Positions 1-7,489 of a DNA stretch of 48,954 nt are shown piece by piece. Numbering within the stretch: the first letter of the stretch is position 1; every line of letters starts with the position of its first letter. Source of the DNA: a virus (taxonomy: Duplodnaviria; Caudoviricetes); IMG/VR virus record IMGVR_UViG_3300048856_000133, positions 1 through 48,954 of that record; one strand, written 5' to 3'. Made by a program: the position numbers and the translations under genes. The notes under the pieces were generated by a model. That model was not told where the DNA came from. It saw nothing but the letters and a program-made list of their open reading frames with translations, and did not search any database.

Positions 1-999
1 TCAGGCAGCCTGCCGCGGCGTCGCCGCCAGATCGACATGCGCCAGCGCTTCGAAGAACAGCTCAGGCCCCGCATCGCGCCGGCTACCGGCGTCCGACAGG
101 GTCTGGCGCCAGCGCCGCGCGCCGGGCAGCCCGGTAAACAGCCCGGTCATGTGGCGGGTGACATGCACAAGGCGACCGCCGGCGGCGATGTGCCGGCCGG
201 CATAGTCGACCATGGTCGCGACGATTCGCGGGTAATCCAGCGCGGACGCCTCGGCGCCATAGAAGAGCCGATCCACCGCGGCGAGCTGGTCGGGTGACTG
301 GTAGGCTCCCCGCCCCATCATCACGCCGTCGACGAAGGCCAGCTGCTCCGCGGCTTCCTCGACCGTCCGCAGCCCGCCGTTCAGGCCGACGAACAGGGTC
401 GGCAGGCGCGCCTTCAGCCGGTGCACGCGGCCGTAGTCGAGCGGCGGGATGTCGCGGTTTTCCTTCGGGCTCAGCCCCTGGAGCCAGGCCTTGCGCGCAT
501 GCACCCAAATGCCCGAGACGCCGGCTTCGACGGCCGCATCGGCAAGGGCGTCGAGCGCCGTTTCGGGGTCCTGATCGTCGACGCCGAGGCGACATTTCAC
601 CGTCACCGGCACGGCCGACGCCTCGCGCATCGCCTGGAGGCATTCTCCGACGAGACCGGGCTCGCGCATCAGGCAGGCGCCGAAGGCCCCGGACTGCACG
701 CGATCGGAAGGGCAGCCGACATTGAGATTGATCTCGTCATAGCCGAAGGACGCGGCCAGCGCCGTGGCGCGGGACAGTTTTTCCGGATCCGAGCCGCCGA
801 GCTGGAGCGCGACGGGATGCTCCGCGGCATCGAAGCCGAGCAGACGCTCGCGATCGCCGTGAATCACCGCGTCGGCAACGACCATCTCGGTGTAGAGCAG
901 CGCCCGGCCCGTCAGCTGCCGATGGAAGAACCGACAATGCCTATCCGTCCAGTCGATCATCGGCGCCACGGCGAACCGGAAGCCATTGGTTTCGTTCAT
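1..999 (-). CDS. dusA: tRNA-dihydrouridine(20/20a) synthase DusA; its first codons come from the prophage side of attL
   Basis: FAVAPMIDWTDRHCR, LYTEM, LQLGGS, EINLNVGCPS, VHARKAWLQGLSPKENR are DusA signature motifs. Confidence 0.96.
   Translation of the reverse strand: MNETNGFRFAVAPMIDWTDRHCRFFHRQLTGRALLYTEMVVADAVIHGDRERLLGFDAAEHPVALQLGGSDPEKLSRATALAASFGYDEINLNVGCPSDRVQSGAFGACLMREPGLVGECLQAMREASAVPVTVKCRLGVDDQDPETALDALADAAVEAGVSGIWVHARKAWLQGLSPKENRDIPPLDYGRVHRLKARLPTLFVGLNGGLRTVEEAAEQLAFVDGVMMGRGAYQSPDQLAAVDRLFYGAEASALDYPRIVATMVDYAGRHIAAGGRLVHVTRHMTGLFTGLPGARRWRQTLSDAGSRRDAGPELFFEALAHVDLAATPRQAA
953..976 (+). repeat. att core (left junction), TCGATCATCGGCGCCACGGCGAAC
   Basis: Exact copy at 48895-48918; encodes dusA FAVAPMID on the minus strand. 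Confidence 0.95.
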
Positions 1000-1064
1000 T
1001 CTGTCAATTCCTGCGGGGCTTTAGCGGTGCAATGACTTCCCCCCGGCTTGCCCCAAGCTACCCT

Positions 1065-1079
1065 GAACGAATGCCGAAC
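1065..1079 (+). promoter_or_regulatory. Putative alphaproteobacterial LexA (SOS) box, GAAC-N7-GAAC
   Basis: GAACgaatgccGAAC, in the dusA/integrase divergent intergenic region, ending 63 nt before the integrase ATG. Confidence 0.55.
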
Positions 1080-1099
1080 TCTGGACACCCAGTACTACG

Positions 1100-1129
1100 G
1101 CGACGTACCAATCTCCTCCGCGACGTACC
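1100..1129 (+). repeat. Putative integrase arm-type sites, GCGACGTACC x2
   Basis: Direct repeats at 1100-1109 and 1120-1129; the same GACGTAC core occurs twice, inverted, near the right att (48814-48835). Confidence 0.65.
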
Positions 1130-1142
1130 GGAGGGGGCTTCT

Positions 1143-2219
1143 ATGGGAACGATCATACCGCGAAAGCGGGCAGATGGCACTACGGGTTACAGCGCCCAGA
1201 TCGTCATCAAGGTGAAGGGCGAGATCGTCCATCGCGAGACGAAGACCTTTGACCGGCGGCAAGCTGCGGCCGGGTGGTTGGAAAATCGCGAAGAGGAATT
1301 GAAGGAGCCGGGCGCGATCGAGGCACTGAAGGCCGTCGACCCTACTCTAGGCGAGGCCATCGCCCGGTACGTCGCGGAGTCCCGCAAGGAGATCGGACGT
1401 ACCAAGGCCCAGGTTCTGGAGACAATCTGCGCCGACTCGATCGCGGCCCTTAAGTGCTCGGCCGTGACGTCGGCGGCTATCACCGAATTCGCCCGCCGCC
1501 GCGGGGCTACGAACCAGCCACAGACGGTCGGCAACTACATTTCGCACCTGTCCGCGGTCTTTGCCGTCGCTCGCCCTGCATGGGGATTCCCGCTCGACGA
1601 GCAGGCCATGAAGGATGCGCAGGCCGTGGCGAAGCGGATGGGCTACACGGCCAAGAGCGCGAGCCGCGACCGCCTGCCGACGATGGACGAGCTGCACGCG
1701 ATCCTCTCGCATTTCGAGGAGCGCAGCATCCGGCGTCCGTCATCCGTGCCGATGGTCAAGGTCGTGGTCTTCGCCCTGTTCTCGACGCGCCGGCTGGAAG
1801 AGATCACCCGCATCGAGTGGTCGGATCTGGACGAGCAGCACAGCCGGGTTCTCGTCCGCGACATGAAGCATCCGGGGCAGAAGGCAGGGAACGACACATG
1901 GTGCGATCTGCCGGAGCCGGCCTTGCGGGTGGCGCTGTCAATGCCGAGGACCGCGCCGCAGATCTTCCCGTTCGGCACCGACGCAATCGGGGCGTCTTTC
2001 ACGCGGGCGTGCCACTTTCTGGAGATCGAGGATCTGCACCTTCACGATCTCAGACACGCCGGGATTTCACGATTGGCCGAGATGGGCTGGTCGATCCCGC
2101 ATATGGCGGGTGTGTCTGGGCATCGAAGCTGGTCTAGCCTCAAGCGGTACTCGCACATGAAAGCCAAGGGCGATCGGTATGAGGGATGGGCATGGATCGA
2201 GAGAGCTATAGGAGAGTAG
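1143..2219 (+). CDS. int: Tyrosine integrase, dusA-associated integrase type
   Basis: STRRLEEI, HLHDLRH, SGHRSWSSLKRY catalytic motifs; GGAGGG RBS before MGTIIPRK; adjacent to att in dusA. Confidence 0.93.
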   Translation: MGTIIPRKRADGTTGYSAQIVIKVKGEIVHRETKTFDRRQAAAGWLENREEELKEPGAIEALKAVDPTLGEAIARYVAESRKEIGRTKAQVLETICADSIAALKCSAVTSAAITEFARRRGATNQPQTVGNYISHLSAVFAVARPAWGFPLDEQAMKDAQAVAKRMGYTAKSASRDRLPTMDELHAILSHFEERSIRRPSSVPMVKVVVFALFSTRRLEEITRIEWSDLDEQHSRVLVRDMKHPGQKAGNDTWCDLPEPALRVALSMPRTAPQIFPFGTDAIGASFTRACHFLEIEDLHLHDLRHAGISRLAEMGWSIPHMAGVSGHRSWSSLKRYSHMKAKGDRYEGWAWIERAIGE

Positions 2220-2658
2220 GGATGAACGAAGATTCAAGATACCCAAGCGAGGAAGCCGAACGCTTTCAGATCCGCCTTCCTGATGGCTTCCGCGATCAGA
2301 TCCGCATCGCAGCAGAAGCGAACCACCGGTCCATGAATGCCGAGATTATCGCGCGTCTCATGTCCACGTTCCACTCATCTGAAGAGGATAGCTCTATGAA
2401 GACCGGCCGCGACTCTGATCAGTTTCGCGTCCGCTTCCCTGATGGGATGCGGGATCGGATTAAAGCCCGCGCCGAGTCATCTGGTCGTACGATGCAGGCC
2501 GAGATCGTTGTCATGCTCGAAGCAGTTCTCTCTGGCGCGGCCCGCGAAGACGAGCGCCTATCTCGCATTGAAGCCAAGCTCGACAAGCTGCTTGCGGCCT
2601 AAAGACCAAGGGCGACCGATACGCGGATTGGCCGTGGATCGAGAGAGCTATAGGAGAG
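2164..2658 (+). repeat. 53-bp imperfect direct repeat (2164-2216 and 2606-2658) duplicating the integrase 3' end around the Arc gene
   Basis: 45/53 identical, including an exact 24-bp TGGATCGAGAGAGCTATAGGAGAG at 2193-2216 and 2635-2658. Confidence 0.9.
2222..2602 (+). CDS. Tandem double Arc-family ribbon-helix-helix DNA-binding protein
   Basis: Two Arc repeats: RFQIRLPDGFRDQIRIAAEANHRSMNAEII and QFRVRFPDGMRDRIKARAESSGRTMQAEIV. Confidence 0.85.
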   Translation: MNEDSRYPSEEAERFQIRLPDGFRDQIRIAAEANHRSMNAEIIARLMSTFHSSEEDSSMKTGRDSDQFRVRFPDGMRDRIKARAESSGRTMQAEIVVMLEAVLSGAAREDERLSRIEAKLDKLLAA

Positions 2659-2663
2659 ACGAC

Positions 2664-2876
2664 GTGAGCCCGAGATCACCCCACGCTGTCCGTAAGCTGG
2701 CTGAGCCCTGCCCGTTTTGCCACCAAGTGACATGCGAGCTATGGCGCGACCCTGCCGAGCACGTCCACTGTTTTCAGGTTCGGTGCTGGTCCTGCGGAGC
2801 GCGCGGGCCAACGGGAGATTGCGGCGAAGAGGTAGCGGTCCCGGCTTGGCAAGCGGTCCAGTTCGTCCAGACATGA
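2664..2876 (+). CDS. Lar (restriction alleviation)-like zinc-ribbon protein
   Basis: GTG start after AGGAGAG; PCPFC...VRCWSCGARGP...W pattern. Confidence 0.7.
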   Translation: MSPRSPHAVRKLAEPCPFCHQVTCELWRDPAEHVHCFQVRCWSCGARGPTGDCGEEVAVPAWQAVQFVQT

Positions 2877-2946
2877 CTTCGCCGCCCGCATCCCTCTAAG
2901 GACACGGGCGGCTCGGTGTGATAGGATGAACGCTTAGGAGGATGGA

Positions 2947-3357
2947 ATGAGCACCCTAGACCGCGCCATTGAGATCGCCGTGGCAGCGCACTTCGGACAG
3001 GTGGACAAGGCGGGGAAGCCGTACATCCTTCACCCACTCCGGGTGATGATGGCGCAGGAGAGCGACGAGGCCAGAGCCGCGGCCGTTCTCCACGACGTGG
3101 TTGAGGATAGCGATATAGGATTCTGCGATCTCACCCAAGAGGGCGTCGACGCTGCGATCGTTCAAGCCGTATTTGATCTGACACGTAACGCTGACGAGCC
3201 CTATGCGGCCTATGTCGAGCGAGCCGGCGCCAACCCCATCGCCCGAGCCGTGAAGATCGCCGACCTCCGCGACAATCTTAGCCCGGATCGGCCGTGCCCG
3301 GAGAGCCTTCGCCCGCGGTATGAGAAGGCGCTCGCGAGGCTGATAGAGCTTGGCTAA
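2947..3357 (+). CDS. Stand-alone HD-domain protein, RelA/SpoT hydrolase (Mesh1/small alarmone hydrolase)-like
   Basis: AHFGQ, PYILHP, LHDVVED, VKIADLRDN motifs; AGGAGG RBS. Confidence 0.85.
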   Translation: MSTLDRAIEIAVAAHFGQVDKAGKPYILHPLRVMMAQESDEARAAAVLHDVVEDSDIGFCDLTQEGVDAAIVQAVFDLTRNADEPYAAYVERAGANPIARAVKIADLRDNLSPDRPCPESLRPRYEKALARLIELG

Positions 3358-3501
3358 CCCGCCTCATACTCCAACACCTCCAGCCGGCAGATCTTCGCCA
3401 GCGACAGTTCCGCATTGGCATGCGTTCGTTCCGTTTCACCCGGTCGATGCAAATGATTTCCGTCATGGACGAAGCGCCCTCACCCGTGCTTCATCCTGAC
3501 C

Positions 3502-3696
3502 ATGACAGACCCCGAAATAGCCCGCGTGCAGGCCACCCTAAATCGGCTCCGTGAGCGGGCGCACATGGCAGGCCTCAGCGACAGAGACATCGAGGCACTG
3601 AGCGAGCAGGCGCGTGACGAAGCCCTGGCGGCCACAGAGAGCGCGTTCGCGATTTACCAGCGCCTCCTACATGCGGCAATTGAGGATCGCAGATGA
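3502..3696 (+). CDS. Hypothetical protein
   Basis: 64-aa helical ORF coupled (ATGA overlap) to the next gene. Confidence 0.55.
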   Translation: MTDPEIARVQATLNRLRERAHMAGLSDRDIEALSEQARDEALAATESAFAIYQRLLHAAIEDRR

Positions 3697-4019
3697 GCAT
3701 CGCCCCGCCCAAGACCGCCGTCGACTATGCCGACAGGGCGATCGACTGCCAGTTCGCGATGGAGCCAGCATTTCAGGATCTCGCCCGGCGCGCTGAGTTC
3801 GCCGGCTGGACGGAAGACGACGTGTCGGCAGCGCTGCTGGAGCTGGCTCGAAATCACATCAAGGGCATCATCGCGGATCGGAAGACGCAGGCGGACATTG
3901 GCGAGGCGCGGGGGGGGCTGAAACGACGAAAGCCGCGCCACCCGGTGAAGGGCGACGCGGCTCGGCAGTTTGATATAAAGCTGACAGCCGGATTATATCA
4001 AACCCTGCGTTTGATATAA
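3693..4019 (+). CDS. Hypothetical protein
   Basis: 108-aa ORF, DRAIDCQFAME...AGWTEDDV; plausible composition and coupling. Confidence 0.6.
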   Translation: MSIAPPKTAVDYADRAIDCQFAMEPAFQDLARRAEFAGWTEDDVSAALLELARNHIKGIIADRKTQADIGEARGGLKRRKPRHPVKGDAARQFDIKLTAGLYQTLRLI

Positions 4020-4020
4020 A
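3968..4020. repeat. Three alternating copies of GTTTGATATAA at the convergence of plus- and minus-strand operons
   Basis: 3968-3978 forward, 3993-4003 inverted, 4009-4019 forward. Confidence 0.85.
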
Positions 4021-4027
4021 CGACCGG

Positions 4028-4546
4028 CTAGGGCGAACGGTGACGCTGGTACTCGCCACGCTGGAGGTTCTTGATCTCCTCCCGAACGGATCGCGTTTCC
4101 TCTCGGTGCCCCTTGGTCTCCTCGCGGATCTGGGCAAGGATACCCGCGGCGACTTCCTCGTGGTTCTTCATCGCTGCAACGTGGTGAGCCGCAGAGCCCT
4201 GCCCCTGCTCAATCCGGGCCATGGTGCGTTCGATCTTCTCTAGCTCGTCGACCATGTTTTCTTGGCGGAGGTTCGTCCCCTCCAGAGACCGGCGAATGCC
4301 CTTCAGAACTTCGACGGCATGTTCCAAGCTTGTGTCATTCCGCTTCAGGAGATCGACAGCCCCGCCCAGGTTCTTGTCGATGCTCGACAGCATGTCGAGA
4401 TAGCGCGTGACCATATCGGGGAGGCTGGTCTTGCCTTCGGGCGCGGCTGCCTTGCCTGCTCCCGATGACGCTTTATGAACTCCGTAGAGCGTTGCAACGA
4501 TGACCCCAAGGGCCGCGATAAGCGCGCTAATTGCTTCAATGGTCAT
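4028..4546 (-). CDS. Single N-terminal TM plus coiled-coil protein at the end of the lysis cassette (holin/antiholin-like)
   Basis: MTIEAISALIAALGVIVATLYGV followed by a heptad-rich tail; overlaps the stop of the upstream gene. Confidence 0.65.
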   Translation of the reverse strand: MTIEAISALIAALGVIVATLYGVHKASSGAGKAAAPEGKTSLPDMVTRYLDMLSSIDKNLGGAVDLLKRNDTSLEHAVEVLKGIRRSLEGTNLRQENMVDELEKIERTMARIEQGQGSAAHHVAAMKNHEEVAAGILAQIREETKGHREETRSVREEIKNLQRGEYQRHRSP

Positions 4547-4982
4547 TCCCGCGTCCTGCCAGGCTGTCTTCAAGCTTTCCCAGAACGTGGGCGTTATAGG
4601 CATCCGCCGCGCTCCGGGCGCACGAGAAGAGATCGAAGAGCGCAAGCAGGCCGTAGACGGCGATGCCCGTTGAGGCGACCCCGGTATGGAGCGCGTTCGT
4701 GCCGAGCAACACGGCGACATGACTCCAGACCATCGTGCCTATCATCGCGCCGATGCAGCGAAGAACTGGCGACCGGCGGTGATGTCCGTTCACCCATAGA
4801 GCGCCAAGCCATAGCGCCCCGGTGATGCCCAGGATTGTCGCCAGCTCGGTTTCGGTCCAGCCGTTTTGGATGAACGAGGAGAAGGCGTCGTTCTGCTGAA
4901 TCGTGTCCCCCGGCAGTGTGAGGACCGCGGCCCATCCGAGCATTACGGATGCGGAGTAGTACTCGTGGCGCCGGTTTTTCAT
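4536..4982 (-). CDS. Multi-TM membrane protein in the lysis cassette (holin candidate)
   Basis: About four hydrophobic segments. Confidence 0.65.
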   Translation of the reverse strand: MKNRRHEYYSASVMLGWAAVLTLPGDTIQQNDAFSSFIQNGWTETELATILGITGALWLGALWVNGHHRRSPVLRCIGAMIGTMVWSHVAVLLGTNALHTGVASTGIAVYGLLALFDLFSCARSAADAYNAHVLGKLEDSLAGRGNDH

Positions 4983-5117
4983 GGAAGCATTCCGTCAACG
5001 ATGGTTCATGGTTCTTAAACCCGCGGGCCGCATTGTGACGGGAGCCGCGCCCTCTCTACTCAGTGGGTGATGGTCAGGGTGCATCTCGGGCCGGCAAGCC
5101 CAGGTGCACCCGCTTAT

Positions 5118-5327
5118 TCAGCAGCCGAGGCGCCGAAAGTTGGCATCATTCCCGACGACGCGCTCTGCGCCGGGGCGATCGGCCTGGATCAGGGCCACGG
5201 TTCCGGCAGGCGACAGCGCGTTGAGCCTGAAGCCGCTACAGGCCGGCGCAGAGGTCGTCTTGCATCCCGCCATCGCGAAGAGCGCGGCGGCACAAGTCAC
5301 GGTCAGACAGACGCGAGAGAGCGGCAT
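5118..5327 (-). CDS. o-spanin (Rz1-like lipoprotein)
   Basis: Lipobox LFAMAG-C; starts inside the 3' end of the i-spanin gene in a different frame. Confidence 0.75.
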   Translation of the reverse strand: MPLSRVCLTVTCAAALFAMAGCKTTSAPACSGFRLNALSPAGTVALIQADRPGAERVVGNDANFRRLGC

Positions 5328-5517
5328 CGTCGGACACCCTTTCCTTTTCAGCCGCTAGGGCTTTGCTGGTGATTTCGGATTGAAGCTCCGCACGGCCCGC
5401 TGACGCGCCGGCAGCGTGCCCGATGGAGTAGGCGAGCGCCGCGGCGAGAACCGCAGCCACGCCCATGCGGATGAGGCCAGGGATGCCGCCGGCAAGGGTG
5501 AATGCCGCGGCGATCAC
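5236..5517 (-). CDS. i-spanin (Rz-like)
   Basis: GTG start overlapping the holin stop; N-terminal TM, helical periplasmic part, C-terminal Cys residues. Confidence 0.7.
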   Translation of the reverse strand: MIAAAFTLAGGIPGLIRMGVAAVLAAALAYSIGHAAGASAGRAELQSEITSKALAAEKERVSDDAALSRLSDRDLCRRALRDGGMQDDLCAGL

Positions 5518-5765
5518 AGCCCGAACCTCGCGCGCTCGCGCGTGAACCACCCGGCAGCCCATGCCATCAGGCCACCGATGGCGCTGGCAATCGCGCCGAC
5601 GATGACGGGATTGGATGCCAGGAATGGGTCCAGCTTGTTCAGCCCGTAGACGACAAGCGCGGTGACGAGAGGCGAGACAGCAGCACCGCTTGCCGCCGCT
5701 GTGACCTTGCGGGTGGTCTTGCCGTCAGTCTGGGTGACGAGGTCGCTCACGTGAATAGGCTCCAT
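5514..5765 (-). CDS. Putative holin (2 TM)
   Basis: TTRKVTAAASGAA...; two hydrophobic segments and a basic C-terminus; lies between endolysin and spanins. Confidence 0.7.
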   Translation of the reverse strand: MEPIHVSDLVTQTDGKTTRKVTAAASGAAVSPLVTALVVYGLNKLDPFLASNPVIVGAIASAIGGLMAWAAGWFTRERARFGL

Positions 5766-6457
5766 AGCCAGTTGGTGATGTGCTCCCAGCCGGCAATGAT
5801 CGCGGCGAGGATGCCGACAGCTGCAGCGCCGCCAGCCACGGCGCCCGTGTTCGGCACGGGGACGCTCGCAGGCTCGGGTGTCGGGTCGACTGTGCGGGTG
5901 GGGATCTGCGGGTCGGGCGCGGCATCAGCCAGGCTGCGGGCGGCATCGAGACACTTTTCTACCGATGCCGGGTCGATCAGCGCCTTGTTGACGCCGTCGC
6001 CGGCATAGTAGCTCTGGCCGCGGACAAGCTGACGATGGGCGCCCTTCACCGCGGCAAGGACGGGGAACGACGCCCACTCCTGCGCAATCCGTTTACCGAA
6101 CTCAGTCCGGTCGATCTTGCGGGACATGAACGCTTCGTAGCCACGCCGCTTCAGCAGGTGGTAGCCTAGGCGGTCCTGTAGGTTCGCGTCGAAGATCTGG
6201 CCCAAGCCAAGACCCAGTTCCGAGACCAAGCCCTTGAGCGTCGCGTACATGAACTGATAGCGGCCAGTCGCGGAAGAGCCATAGCGCTGCGACCATCCTG
6301 GCTGAGCGGCGAGCACCTCGCCAACCGTCATGGACGTGACAGGCTTAGGCAGCTTGCCCTGGTTGTTGCCGTAGATGGTGTTGTAGCCGCGGGGCGCCTC
6401 GCGCTCGCCGATATAGTCGAGCAAAAGCGCCGCGCCGGGGGGAACGGTTCTGTCCAT
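5747..6457 (-). CDS. Endolysin, lambda-R/GH104-like muramidase with a C-terminal hydrophobic tail
   Basis: E...GYNTIYG, SSATGRYQF, QDRLGYHLL, QEWASFP motifs. Confidence 0.85.
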   Translation of the reverse strand: MDRTVPPGAALLLDYIGEREAPRGYNTIYGNNQGKLPKPVTSMTVGEVLAAQPGWSQRYGSSATGRYQFMYATLKGLVSELGLGLGQIFDANLQDRLGYHLLKRRGYEAFMSRKIDRTEFGKRIAQEWASFPVLAAVKGAHRQLVRGQSYYAGDGVNKALIDPASVEKCLDAARSLADAAPDPQIPTRTVDPTPEPASVPVPNTGAVAGGAAAVGILAAIIAGWEHITNWLWSLFT

Positions 6458-6481
6458 GTGGGGTCTCCTGTGGCAGATACG

Positions 6482-6541
6482 AAAAAGGCGCCCGGTGAGG
6501 GGCGCCTTGCGGTGAAGAAAAAGCCCGCCGAAGCGGGGCTA
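6482..6541 (-). terminator. Two tandem rho-independent terminators downstream of the wbqC-like gene
   Basis: Minus strand: AGCCCCGC-TTCG-GCGGGCT-TTTT and AAGGCGCCC-N-GGGCGCCTT-TTT. Confidence 0.85.
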
Positions 6542-6569
6542 GACATGACGAACCGATGATGCCGCTCGT

Positions 6570-7427
6570 TTACGGCCTGGAAAGCTGAACACTGTTGCGG
6601 ATATAAGCCCCGGCGTCTTCCGGCGACATACACAGCAAGCTCTCAAGAACGGTCAACTTCGCTCTAGGGCGGTCGCCTTCGATGGCGGAGGCGAACTTCG
6701 CGATGGTCAGATCCATACCGTTCGCGCCAAACTTCTCGACTGACTGGTAGTTCATCCCGCCGCTTCCCGACATATAGTGCCGAACTCCGGCCCCCTTCAT
6801 GATGTCGATGATCCGGTCGTCTGACATCGTTTCCACACGAAAGGTGCTCGACAACTCAAACACGGGATCGAAGCCAAGATATTCCGCAATCCCCATAATC
6901 AAGCGGCTGTTCACGTCCCACAGGTAGGGGCTGCTTTCGGCGACTAGCCCCTCGATCAGAGCCATAACCGCACCAAAATTCGGCCACTTCCCGTAGCGAT
7001 CCCTCAGAACTGCGATGTGCTTGCCAAACCAGTCTGGGCCGGCAACCTCGATCTCCCTGATCGAAGCACCGTTCTTTTTCTTGACCGGAACCGTTAACCA
7101 CTGCTCCGCGTCTTGCAGACGTACCATCGTCCGAGACACGTAGCTCCTGCCAATCGGCATCTGAACATCGTCCAGAAAGACGAAGACCTCCGACCGCGAC
7201 ATCTTTCCGAAATACCCATGCCACGGCAGGTAGTTTGGTTGATGAACGGCCAGCGCGGTCGCTTCCGTGGGCCGCCACAAATGGACGTACCCATCATCTA
7301 TTAACCGCAACCGATGGCGAAAGCCCTGCTTCTCTAGGGCGGCCAATTCCACGCTTCCCCTCGCCGCTTTGGCGGTTATGACCCGCGGGCTAGGCTCATT
7401 ACTCTGGACTTCGATATGCATTGTCAC
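6570..7427 (-). CDS. wbqC: WbqC-family protein (putative glycyl transferase for O-antigen sugars) with an N-terminal extension; moron
   Basis: HQPNYLPWHGYF.KM...FVFLDDVQ, WLTVPV, YMSGSGG.NY; lower GC than its flanks; start may be GTG 7427 or ATG 7421. Confidence 0.85.
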   Translation of the reverse strand: MTMHIEVQSNEPSPRVITAKAARGSVELAALEKQGFRHRLRLIDDGYVHLWRPTEATALAVHQPNYLPWHGYFGKMSRSEVFVFLDDVQMPIGRSYVSRTMVRLQDAEQWLTVPVKKKNGASIREIEVAGPDWFGKHIAVLRDRYGKWPNFGAVMALIEGLVAESSPYLWDVNSRLIMGIAEYLGFDPVFELSSTFRVETMSDDRIIDIMKGAGVRHYMSGSGGMNYQSVEKFGANGMDLTIAKFASAIEGDRPRAKLTVLESLLCMSPEDAGAYIRNSVQLSRP

Positions 7428-7452
7428 TCGGCGGCCTCCCACAATCGCCTTC

Positions 7453-7482
7453 AGCCTAGCGCGCAGGGCGACCGTGAGGCAA
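7453..7482 (-). promoter_or_regulatory. Putative sigma70 promoter of the wbqC moron
   Basis: Minus strand TTGCCT-N18-TAGGCT just downstream of the tailspike stop. Confidence 0.55.
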
Positions 7483-7489
7483 TGCCAGG

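Noticed and set aside
3368-3378. ACTCCAACACC identical to 31584-31594 (loop of the cloverleaf RNA) as a possible target
   Set aside because: 11-nt matches are expected many times by chance in 49 kb
3354-3466. Possible frameshifted small gene on the minus strand
   Set aside because: No recognisable homology; too short to call a pseudogene
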